Source: Octopus vulgaris (Eukaryota). From it: a DNA stretch of 64,000 nucleotides. The DNA is taken from the NCBI GenBank assembly GCA_951406725.2, contig OX597831.1, positions 9,424,001 through 9,488,000 of the forward strand, in the 5' to 3' direction. Shown here in pieces: positions 27,468 through 37,499 of the stretch; the stretch's first letter is position 1; every line of letters begins with the position of its first letter. Made by a program: the position numbers and the translations under genes. The notes under the pieces are model-generated. The model did not search any database. It was not told the origin of the DNA and worked only from the letters and a program-made list of their open reading frames with translations.

Positions 27468-27899
27468 AGTTAACATGATCGTATTCTCAAGAAAGTATTA
27501 AAACTGATTTATAGCGATTTCATGCTAAACATAACATTTAATAATGATATATGTTGTCTATAGTCTCAGGCATGGGTCTGTTGTTAAGAAACTCGGCAGT
27601 TTCAGGTTCAGACCCATTACGCAGCAGATTGTGCCATTATCTTCTATTATTCTCTTGGGTTGACCAGTACATAATGAGTGAATATGGAAGGTGGAATATA
27701 TATATATATATATATATAATTAAACAATATTTCTTAAAGGTATAAAATCATGATTTTTCCTATAGAAGAAACTCCATTAACTAAATTTGCAACTTAAAAC
27801 ATTAGGACCATTTGCTACAATACATTTATCATGTTAAATACTTAAGTTTAAAAAATAGAGTAAATAGATAGAAAAAAGTATTTATCTGTGAAGACATAA

Positions 27900-29193
27900 T
27901 TTAGCTTAATAAAAAACTGTAAGAAACTATGGACAGAAAATGAAGAAAGCTACTAACAATGCATGGAACCCATCATCCACGTGCAGACCCTGGCCGTCTA
28001 TATAGGAAAAGAGCAAATAGAGGAAGGGGACTGATAGGTGTGGAAGACTGCGTGCGTATCGTAGCTTAATGAGATACCTAGCCCAAAGTAAGGAAACCTT
28101 GCTAGTGACAGTTAAGAACGAGGGTGTATTGAGAGCAGGTAAAAAAGGGGAAAAAAGGAAGAAGTCGATGAAGAAGAATTACGCCAGAAGGAACTACATA
28201 ATCAATTTCATGAAGGCACAACAGAAGTTGCTGGAAAAATAGGTGGGATTGGCTGATGAAAGGAAGCCTAAAAAAAGAGACCGAAAGCACTATACTGGCA
28301 GCGTAGGACCGAGATTTGGCCATGAACTGGAAGGTCAACCATAGGAATGAGCAAGAGTCTCCGCTTCGTCACATCTGCAATAGAGTGGATGAAACCATTG
28401 CCCATATCACGAACGAATGCCCCAGACTTGCCCGAAACCACTAAAAGGTGTGGCGATACGACCAGGTAGCGAAAGTGCTCCATTGGAAACTGTGTGAAAA
28501 GTGGGGGCTAGAGAGAGGCAAGGCATGGTATGAGCAGAAACCGCTGAGAGTGGCGGAGTCGGCGACTAGCAAAATCCTCTGGGATTTCCCAATCCAAACT
28601 CATCAGGTGTTAGAGCATAACAGACGGGTCCTAGTGGTGGTGGACAAGGTGCGCAACACATGCATGTCCCTTTGACCCAAAAATAGTCAAGAAGGAAGAC
28701 GAAAAGATAGCTAGATACAACCTCCTTATATATGAAATAACCCGGATATGGAAAATGAAAAAGGTGAAGACAGTGCCAGTTATTGTTGGGTCGTTAGGAA
28801 CAGTATTAGAAGGCATCAAGGGGAATAAAAAAAGAAAGAATATATTTCTTTATTGCCCACAAGGGGCTAAACATAGAGGGGACAAACAAGGACAGACAAA
28901 GGGATTAAGTCGATTAGATCGACCCCAGTGCGACACTGGTACTTTATTTATCGACCCCGAAAGGATGAAAGGCAAAGTCGACCTCGGCGGAATTTGAACT
29001 CAGAACGTAACGACAGACGAAATACCACTAAGCATTTCGCCCGGCGCGCTAACGTTTCTGCCAGCTCGCCGTTTCTGGCACGGCCAGAATAATCAGGAAA
29101 GTATTAGATAGCTGAAAATAAGGGATAGCATGGTACCGTAGGCTGCATGTAGTAAGTCACCAGGAGCTCGAACAAAATCTGTAATATAGAGAA
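27900..29193 (+). pseudogene. 5'-truncated, decayed R4/Dong-clade non-LTR retrotransposon (thumb, zinc knuckle, RLE, 3' UTR) interrupted by a SINE
   Basis: MHGTHHPRADPGRLYRKRANRGRGLIGVEDCV (27959-), ICNRVDETIAHITNECP knuckle remnant, WRYDQVAKVLHWKLCEK..ILWDFPIQT, TVPVIVGSLG, and after the SINE GTARIIRKVLDS* followed by (AAT/GAT)n. Confidence 0.85.
28841..29072 (-). mobile_element. SINE family A monomer nested in the R4/Dong remnant
   Basis: Matches 24595-24827. Confidence 0.92.
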
Positions 29194-29228
29194 ATAATAA
29201 TGATAATGATGACGATGTTGATGATGAC

Positions 29229-29288
<60 letters not shown>

Positions 29289-29355
29289 AATGACGACGAT
29301 GATGATAATAATAACAACAATAACTATTATTGTTATTCTTATTAGTATTATTATT

Positions 29356-29792
29356 AAGGCGGCCGAGCTGCCAGAAACGTTATCTCGCCGTGCGAAATAC
29401 TTAGCGGTGTTTCGTCCCTCTTTACGTTTTGAGATCAAATTCCGCTGAGGTCAACGTTGTCTTTCGTGTTTGATTAAATGAGTACCAGTTACGCACTGAG
29501 GTCGATGTAATCGACTTACTTCCCTCTCTGAAGCTTCATTTGTGGCAAAAATATTGAAATCATTATTATTATTATTATCATTATTAATAATAATATTAAG
29601 GCGGCGAGATTGCACGAAATGCTTAGCGGTATTTCGCCAGTCGCTACATCCTGAGTTCAAATTCCGCCGAGGTCATCTTTGCCTTTCATCTTTTCGGGGT
29701 CGCCAAATTAAGTACCAGTTGAACACTGGGGTCAATGTAATCGAAACATTTCATTCCCCAAAATGGCTGCCCTTGTGGAAAAAACTTAAACC
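29356..29792 (+). mobile_element. Two adjacent diverged SINE family A-related copies (29356-29570, 29598-29792) with (TTA)n tails
   Basis: Each begins AAGGCGG(C)CGAG, and has GAG(A/T)TCAAATTCCGC and AGTACCAGTT..GGTC(G/A)ATGTAATCGA. Confidence 0.8.
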
Positions 29793-29805
29793 ATTATTAC
29801 TATCA

Positions 29806-29888
<83 letters not shown>

Positions 29889-29921
29889 GTTGTTGGTGTT
29901 GTTGTTGTTATGATAATGATA

Positions 29922-30110
29922 ATAACCCAGCTAACATACATGAGCAAAATCCTTTTGTTATGAGCTGATATTAATTTGCTTCTAATGTAATCTGGTCTCT
30001 GCCATTATAATTCCTGCACAAAAGTTTACATTGTCAATCTTTCAGGTTAATTATGTTTTTATCTGCTTTCTTCAGTGCTCCTGTTTCCACAGGTGGTCCA
30101 TTAGCAGAAC
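29922..30110 (-). mobile_element. 3'-terminal fragment of a repeat ending in (AAT)n, second copy at 58246-58329
   Basis: ATAACCCAGCTA-CATACATG-GCAAAATCCTTTTGTTATGAGCTGATATTAATTTGCTTCTAATGTAATCTGGTCTCTGCCA is shared by both loci and each abuts (TTG)n/(TTA)n. Confidence 0.7.
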
Positions 30111-32159
30111 ATTAAAAGGAGATAATAGCACATTGTAAGGCATTTCCTCTCCGCTTACTATTGACATTCCGCGCCAAATAATTCGATGCAACATAAAGAC
30201 AAAATATGTTATAAAAATTTCTTCTTCCCTTCCCTTTCATGAAAAATATTCACATAATTCTTCTTCAATTGAAGAATTTTATGTAAATGAAATTAATTTT
30301 CTTCAAAATTTACTTAACTCAAATCCAAAGTATGAGAGAAAGAAAGCGGTAAGAAGAAGAACATGCAATATGCATTTTTTTTTCTTCTGGGAAATGTTTA
30401 ATTTCTATGTGTTAAATAGGAAGGTATAAATCCTTTATCAGGCCTTCAGTTCAATTCCTGACAAAGATTGTGTAATACATATTAAGTAGCAAAAATCAAA
30501 CGCAAACCAAAACAAGACAACAAAACATGTAAACGATTGAATATTTTAGAATTTCATAACGTAATTTGAAAGAATAATGAAAATGAAAGCTCTTCAGCTT
30601 GGAACATTGGGTAAAAGAAGTCTAAACACACAAAGGAATTTCTGAAGATTTCAGGCCAGAATAAAAATTATAAATTGATTATTTTTTCTTCAGAGAAATT
30701 AAATAAGCTATTTAAATATAGCGGTGCATGCGCAAATATGGATGTTATCCTATGAATATTTACTTAGCAAATTCAAAATCCACTTAACGAATCCATTGAA
30801 AAGGTAATTTGCTTTTTAAATTTGTTTTCATATTTCGAATTGAATTCTCCAATTCTCCTTTTTCACAGCATTTTGGATCGGTCATTGGTTGAGAAAAGAA
30901 TGCATCATTTTGTAAATTATCTGTCTTAGCTTATCATCCATCGAACCATCCAGGCATTCATCTTTGTTTTTATAAACCACAGGAACCATTGATCGATTGC
31001 GCTATACACATCAATTTCTCAATTCATCGATCTACCTGATCATTCATTACTTGCATGATTGATCCTTACATTCTTACATATATAAACATTAGCGATACAC
31101 AGGCACCCTTTCATTGCTACAAACATCCTTTCACTACGTTTTATCTTACACATATATATTGTTCTCCTCACACTTCCGCCCATCAACCTATCCACACCTA
31201 CCTACATTTGCACATACCTTGATTCTTTCGTGCATTCATCCATCCAGTAATCGATTCCTTTAATTATCAATTGATCCAATCCATCTATCCGCCCAGCCAT
31301 ACAACCCTTTGTCTCTCATCAAACACTATTTCTTCTGAAGTTGCTTCCTCAGATGCGCATCAACGTCTGAACCACTAAAACAGGGCTATATAGACGAATA
31401 GTTTCTGAGAACAGCATGACATTCTAGAATTTACGAGAAGGACAAAACTGTAAATGATACATACATCTTACAGATATGAAGGATACGAAACGTTACATGA
31501 CTAGCGCTATGTCGTAGAATTAACTTCTGCGAATTAATAATGATGAGGTTCTCGTCGTTATTAATTCTCATGGAACAATGAGATAAAACAACATGGTATA
31601 TCCCACAATCCTCTACAGACGTGAGCCAATTAGGTTCAAACGAGATTCATTAAATGAGCTTAAGCCATCATACTATTTCTCAACTACACATTCTTCTCAT
31701 GAAAATGAAAACTCACTCGTGAAGATCTAAAAGGTTGGGTAACAGCTCCTGCTATAAAAATGATTGGCAATCGCTAAAAATACTACTGTCACAACGAAAT
31801 CAACATGCCTTCAGTCTGATCCATCAGAGTTCAAGGGCGTCGCATTCCATGTACTTTTGAGCGATTCTGGCTCTAGCACTTAACCTGTAAAGCAGTATGC
31901 ATGCTAATTTTCTCTTGCAGTTGATTGTAACGAAGAAATAATTAATGAATTAACTGAAATAATATCGTGTTGTCAATGCAATTTAGCAGAGTCCGTCCCG
32001 AGAACATGAAATCATAGTAATGTATCTGCATGATGTATTACCATTACAAACAGACCAGCTTCGAGATTTAATTTGTCGTTCTAGATTGACTGACAATAAA
32101 CGTATACTTGCACACATACATACACACAGACATACATACGTATATACATACACATACAC

Positions 32160-32192
<33 letters not shown>

Positions 32193-32354
32193 TAATACAC
32201 AAATATGAGAGAGAATCCACCATGTGGGCGCTCTTACGCTAGATATAGATCCGCAAATAGACTCAACCACTAAGAATTGTTCTCAAGAAAAAATTTTGGC
32301 ACACTAAGAACGTAAGCGGGCAGGACAAATGAAAAATAACAAAAATATAGATTA

Positions 32355-32430
32355 ACCCCATACAATTGTTTCACTGTTAATAAATTATGCAATTCAACTT
32401 ACATGGCTATCCTCAGATCATCAGTGGAGT
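32355..32430 (-). ncRNA. Type I hammerhead ribozyme with a large stem II loop
   Basis: ACTCCA-CTGATGA-T-CTG-(37 nt)-CAG-T-GAAA-CAATTG-TA^TGGGGT; 6-bp stem I (one G-U), ACAATTGT palindromic stem III. Confidence 0.7.
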
Positions 32431-32550
32431 ACGTCAAAATATAATTTGTCGAACTGCACGCTATATATTAACACGAGGTCAGAGACTGAATCTCAGTCTT
32501 TTTGCGCTAGGCCACTGGTGTTTAAATTGATGTTATTAAATTAATATCCA

Positions 32551-32615
<65 letters not shown>

Positions 32616-32630
32616 CATCATATATATATA

Positions 32631-32667
<37 letters not shown>

Positions 32668-33311
32668 AGATATATATTTATGTGCGAACAAGCGCACAGA
32701 TAATACATATATGATTTCATATGAATATTACGATGATTTTAAACTAACTTTATTAAAATACATCCCTAATATTCACGCGATGGTTTCCTTGGTGACACTG
32801 GAGTAATGCTGTTCAGGAAAGATGCACGCCACCAATTCGCAACAGAAATCTTTTTCAGCAACGTAATATTAACTTCTATGTATTGACTGCTTCAATGGTT
32901 TTATTTTTGATTACCAAGCAGGTGACAAGTTCATTCACCTATAACTCATGAACCTTACTCTACACATCTTTCTATAATTTCCCTTAATGGATTCCCAGTT
33001 TTCGTTATGGTTTTGCTTTACGCGACAGATTTTTGCGTCCGTTACTCCTTCAAGAATTTTCCTACCAACAAAACTAACAATACTGCGAATTCCATGCTTC
33101 TCTGGATATTTAATCATACGTGACTTAAAACCAACCTTATACTTTCATATTTTGCATTTATGACTCATGGATTAGTATACTGTTACATTTATTTATCAGA
33201 AACAATATATTTTTTACACATCTGTAAAAAAATGACGACTGCGCATTTACTGATGCAAGATGCCTTTTAGATAATGCTGATACATACATACATATATACA
33301 TACATAAATAC

Positions 33312-33389
<78 letters not shown>

Positions 33390-34325
33390 TATGCATATCA
33401 TCAAAGCTGCATTTGTTTTGTGGTAAAATTGATTTTTCTATAAGCGGTCGTGTGTCTGTCTTCACGCATGATATCATCGAAGTATATTTCTTTTCAACGA
33501 TGATATGCATGTAAACTATTTAGGCTCATGAATAGCCTGGTAAAAGCGTCAGGATGCGTGAGTATGTGTGTGTGTGTGTGTGTGTATGTGTGTGTGTGTG
33601 TGTGTATGTATGTGTTACAGCATCACTACTTCTCCGAGGTGCTTTCCGTATTTAATACTTGAAAGATGTTTCCGCTTGATTTATTCTGATCTATGGACAG
33701 TACTCTGGTCCACATATCAACCATAGCATCATTCTGTTGGGTTTTTTTTGAGTCCCACCACCGTCTCCAAGATACGAGGAAATCATTTGTCTCATTTCCC
33801 GATTGTTGACAAAATTCCCAACAAAACGATTATATTTCCTTTTGTAACAAACCGCTGCAACTTAATTTATTTTCTAATGAAAATTTCGTTTCCTAGCAAC
33901 AGTTTCACACTTTCGTTCAAATCAACTTCAGCGAAATATGCATTGTGAATAATGCTGTGCTTGTTTTCCCTTTCGTTGTAACGGTTCAAATGAATAGTAT
34001 GAACGATTCCTGTGACAAAATCGTGAAACCTTGCTTGTCTTTGTTAGCTTTATATGGTTCTGCTTTGCATTTTTACGCCTCTGCTTTTTTCCCCATATCT
34101 TTTTCACTGGAGACGTATACTTGTGCGTTAATACTAAAACTACTCTTACAGCCACCCTAACCCTCACTCTCGTGTTAGTGAAATGCGTATAAAATCAAGA
34201 TTAAAAAATTTCCAAAATAAACATTTAAAACGGAGTGGATCATGAAAGGGTTCATTCCCTTATTAATTATGTTTATGTTATAATGTCGTCATCAGGGTAA
34301 AAAATATCCAAACAAAAATATAATC

Positions 34326-34753
34326 AGAAAATTACTATTTGTAAATCTCACAACGAGAGATATTCAGCAACAGTACTTTGGAGTTAAGATTATTTGCCAA
34401 CATAACATGGCAGTCCTGGTTTAGGACGAGTGTTGCTGTAATTTATCCCCGGGAGACATCGTTTCCAGCTGGCTATATGACATGATCTGTGTCCTTATGT
34501 TCTCGAACAAGGGAATCTAGCAACCCCACTCAGCTCAAAACAATATCTGTGTATCGCTATTTCTGTGCTGATGAAGCGAAAAAACCCGGAAATCGCGACA
34601 CACAGATATTGTTTTGAGCTGAGTGGGGGTGCTAGATTCCCTTGTTCCAAAATATAAGGACACAGATCGTGTTGTATAGCCAGCTGGAGACGATGTCTCC
34701 TGGGGCTAAATTACAGCAACATTCGTCCTAAACCAGGACTGCTATGTTATGTT
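34326..34753. mobile_element. Fold-back Penelope-like element: ~165-bp inverted arms (34399-34563 / 34589-34753) with a hammerhead at the apex
   Basis: The arms pair nearly throughout; the same family recurs at 47416-47714 with the same left end (AAAATTACTATTTGTAAATCTCACAACGAGAGA). Confidence 0.8.
34562..34606 (+). ncRNA. Hammerhead motif (damaged stem II; U16.1 mutated to C)
   Basis: TCTGTG-CTGATGA-AGCGAAAAAACCCG-GAAA-TCGCGA-CA-CACAGA; the opposite arm (GTGTATCGCTATTTC) preserves TA, giving ancestral GAAA-TCGCGA-TA^CACAGA. Confidence 0.72.
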
Positions 34754-34769
34754 ATATAATATATGCCTC

Positions 34770-34906
34770 ATTGGCACGGCTAGAATAATCAGGAAAGTGT
34801 TAGAGATTTGAAAAGAACAGATAGCATGGTACCGTAGGTTAGAGGCAGCAAACCTGTTATGCCTGCAAGACTCCAGGATTTCCAGCAAAACCTGTGATAC
34901 AGAGAA
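34770..34906 (+). mobile_element. Extreme 3' fragment of the R4/Dong family seen at 27900-29193
   Basis: GTARIIRKVLEI* + GATAGCATGGTACCGTAGG..CTGT(G/A)ATA(C/T)AGAGAAA then (AAT)n, as at 29077-29193. Confidence 0.8.
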
Positions 34907-34931
34907 AATAATAATAATAATAATAATAATA

Positions 34932-34976
<45 letters not shown>

Positions 34977-35065
34977 GTGATGGTGATGGTGATGGTGATG
35001 CTGGTGATGGTGATGGTGATGGTGATGGTGATGATGATGAGGTGATGATGATGATGATGATGATG

Positions 35066-35125
<60 letters not shown>

Positions 35126-35128
<3 letters not shown>

Positions 35129-36132
35129 GCCCTGATGCAGTATCAGGCAGTGGCTCTCATGGCTTCTGATCTTAACTGATTGGAAGTGTTATCATGTACA
35201 TTGTTTTGTCTTCGTATAAAAGATGGGCTACAGCAAATATTCTGCTGAATACCACAGATTTGCTTGTCAGTTGTTTGACCGTAACCAGTTGAGCATGTCC
35301 CTTAGTGGCTGACGATATGTGCATCTCTGATCACGAGCAGAAGTAGTGGGGGAGCATCATAGCCATGTGTTGAGAGGAATTCTTTGGGGTTTGAATAATT
35401 CACCTCTGGAAACATGGGTGGTTCTTTCAACATCCTTAAACAACCCTTATTCAGGGACCGTGTGAGCGGGATGGGCTACACGAGCTGAAGAAAATTCTAA
35501 CTGGGCCTCACCTGCAAGGTCATGCGCTGTTTATCTTGATATGAGATCACCATGTAGCGCACATATGGTTGTGATGCTTGTGCCTGGTGTACCCTTATCA
35601 GACGGGTAGTCCTGATGGGTATATTGGGCTTCGTATGTTTTACCCCAGTGTCAATTTGATGGCATGAACTGCTCTCTCACTCAATAATAATAATGATAAT
35701 AATGATAATAATGTCAATAAATGTTCCAGGCAGTGGCTCTCATGTATTTCGATCTTGAGTGGAAGTGTTATGTAAGTGTTTTGTCTTGGTATAAACGAGG
35801 GCTACAACAAATATTGTGCTCAACGACACAGATTTGATCGTTATTTGTTTGACCTTCACCAGTTGATCAAGTCCCTTTGGTAGCTGATGACATGTGCATC
35901 TATGATCATGAACAGGAGTAGTCGGTGAGCATGAGAGCCGTGTGTTGAGTGGAATTATTTGGGGTTTGAATGATTCACCCCTGGAAACATGGGTATTTCG
36001 TTCATCATCCTTAGAGTAACCTTATTCAGGGACCTTTTGAGCGGGACGGGCTACACGATGTGTCCTACGTACAAGGCCATGCGTAGTTTAACTTTATACG
36101 AGATCATATCTGATTGTGATGCATAGGCATCA
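35126..36132. mobile_element. Two tandem diverged copies (35126-35682, 35719-36132) of an unclassified ~555-bp non-coding element inside (AAT)n
   Basis: Collinear blocks CAGGCAGTGGCTCTCATG, TTTTGTCTT-GTATAAA, TTTGGGGTTTGAAT-ATTCACC-CTGGAAACATGGGT, CCTTATTCAGGGACC; both copies are bounded by (AAT)n. Confidence 0.8.
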
Positions 36133-36167
36133 ATAATAATATTAATAACAACAACAACAACAACAAC

Positions 36168-36264
<97 letters not shown>

Positions 36265-36265
<1 letters not shown>

Positions 36266-36746
36266 GACATGACAGAGTTGGCCAATATCTCCACTGGCTA
36301 ATAAGTCGGCATTACAATATCAAAACTGCCGACAAGTGGTATAATCACCACCCTGAGGCTGTAACTGAAGGAGAAAATGTAACCATTCTGTGGGACTTTC
36401 CAGTACATACAGACCGACCATCAAGGCCAATAAACCAGATATTGTTGTGAAAGACCAAAACAATAAAGTTTGCTTATTGATCGACATGAGCATCCCCTGT
36501 GATCATAATATCTCAGCGAAAGAGTTTGACAAGCTCAGAAAATATAAAGACCTATTCATTGAAATTGAGAAAATGTGGCATCTCAAGGCGGTTACAATAC
36601 CAGTGATCGTAGGAGCACTAGGAATGATCAAGAAGGGAACCGAAAATTATATGAGAATGATCCCTGGCTTACCATCCCTGCAAGAAGTGCAAAAGATTGT
36701 CTTAACTGGTACATCACACGTATTGAGAAGAGCATTGTCGATGTGA
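36265..36746 (+). pseudogene. Restriction-like endonuclease C-terminus of a 5'-truncated R4/Dong retrotransposon (one frameshift near 36418; 3' UTR to ~36935)
   Basis: RHDRVGQYLHW..ILWDFPVHTDR / TIKANKPDIVVKD..LLIDMSIP..KEFDKLRKY..IPVIVGALG..GTSHVLRRALSM*: RHD, PD-D and K..KY motifs; begins and ends in (AAT)n. Confidence 0.92.
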
Positions 36747-36781
36747 GAACTGTTGCTGCTCATGTATCAACATTTAACTTT

Positions 36782-36813
<32 letters not shown>

Positions 36814-36934
36814 TGAACGAACTACTGAGTTTGGTTTAATGGCCTACCAATATACACTATGAGTTTCTTTGCCCTATGAGTCGGGAAGACACTCGGCAAG
36901 AAATGGAAGAAAATTTGAAAGAAGAAAAAAAAAA

Positions 36935-36991
<57 letters not shown>

Positions 36992-36992
<1 letters not shown>

Positions 36993-37165
36993 TGATTTCA
37001 AAAAGTTTGACTCAAGGCCAGCCATTTCGGAGGAGCTGCTAAGTCGATTGCATCGATCCCAGTGCATAACTGGTGCTTATTTTATCGACCCTGAAAGGGT
37101 AAAATGCAAAGTTGTCCTCGGTGGCATTTGAAATTAGAACGTGGGGACGGCCGAAATATCGCTAA
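36992..37165 (-). mobile_element. SINE family A-related diverged copy
   Basis: TTTATCGACCCTGAAAGGGTAAAATGCAAAGT..CTCGGTGGCATTTGAA. Confidence 0.7.
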
Positions 37166-37403
37166 CCTGTAATAATAGGTACATAATTGAGAGACATTCA
37201 TAGAAATACATAACCAAAACACCAGGTACCATGAATATATATAATATACAGAATAATACCACTAGGTACTGCTCACATCCTACGTAAAGGACTTCCAATA
37301 CAGTGAAAATAACAATACCCAAACAAATCACAACACATACCCAAGGTACACAGAGCTGCGATCGGCAGTGCAGCAAAAGCACGTGATGAAAAGAAGACTA
37401 TTG
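37166..37403 (+). mobile_element. 3' end of another R4/Dong family
   Basis: PVIIG..KYITKTPG..LGTAHILRKGLPIQ* then a short UTR and an (AAC/AAT) tail. Confidence 0.7.
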
Positions 37404-37499
37404 AATAACAACAAGAACAACAACATCATCATTGTTCAAAATACTTCATCTGTACCGATAGCCCTGCAATTCTAGAAGAAAAATAGGATCAGGTTAGTC

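Noticed and set aside
28250-28300. CTGATGA..GAAA spacing resembling a hammerhead
   Set aside because: Lies in LINE coding sequence (WLMKGSLKKETES); no convincing stems I or III.
31445-31500. GAAACGTTACA, a possible HHR 3' half
   Set aside because: No recognisable 5' core box; a short match expected by chance.
35300-35350. CTGACGA (CTGATGA at ~35885) conserved in both 555-bp copies
   Set aside because: No GAAA box with stem III/UH and no closing stem I found.
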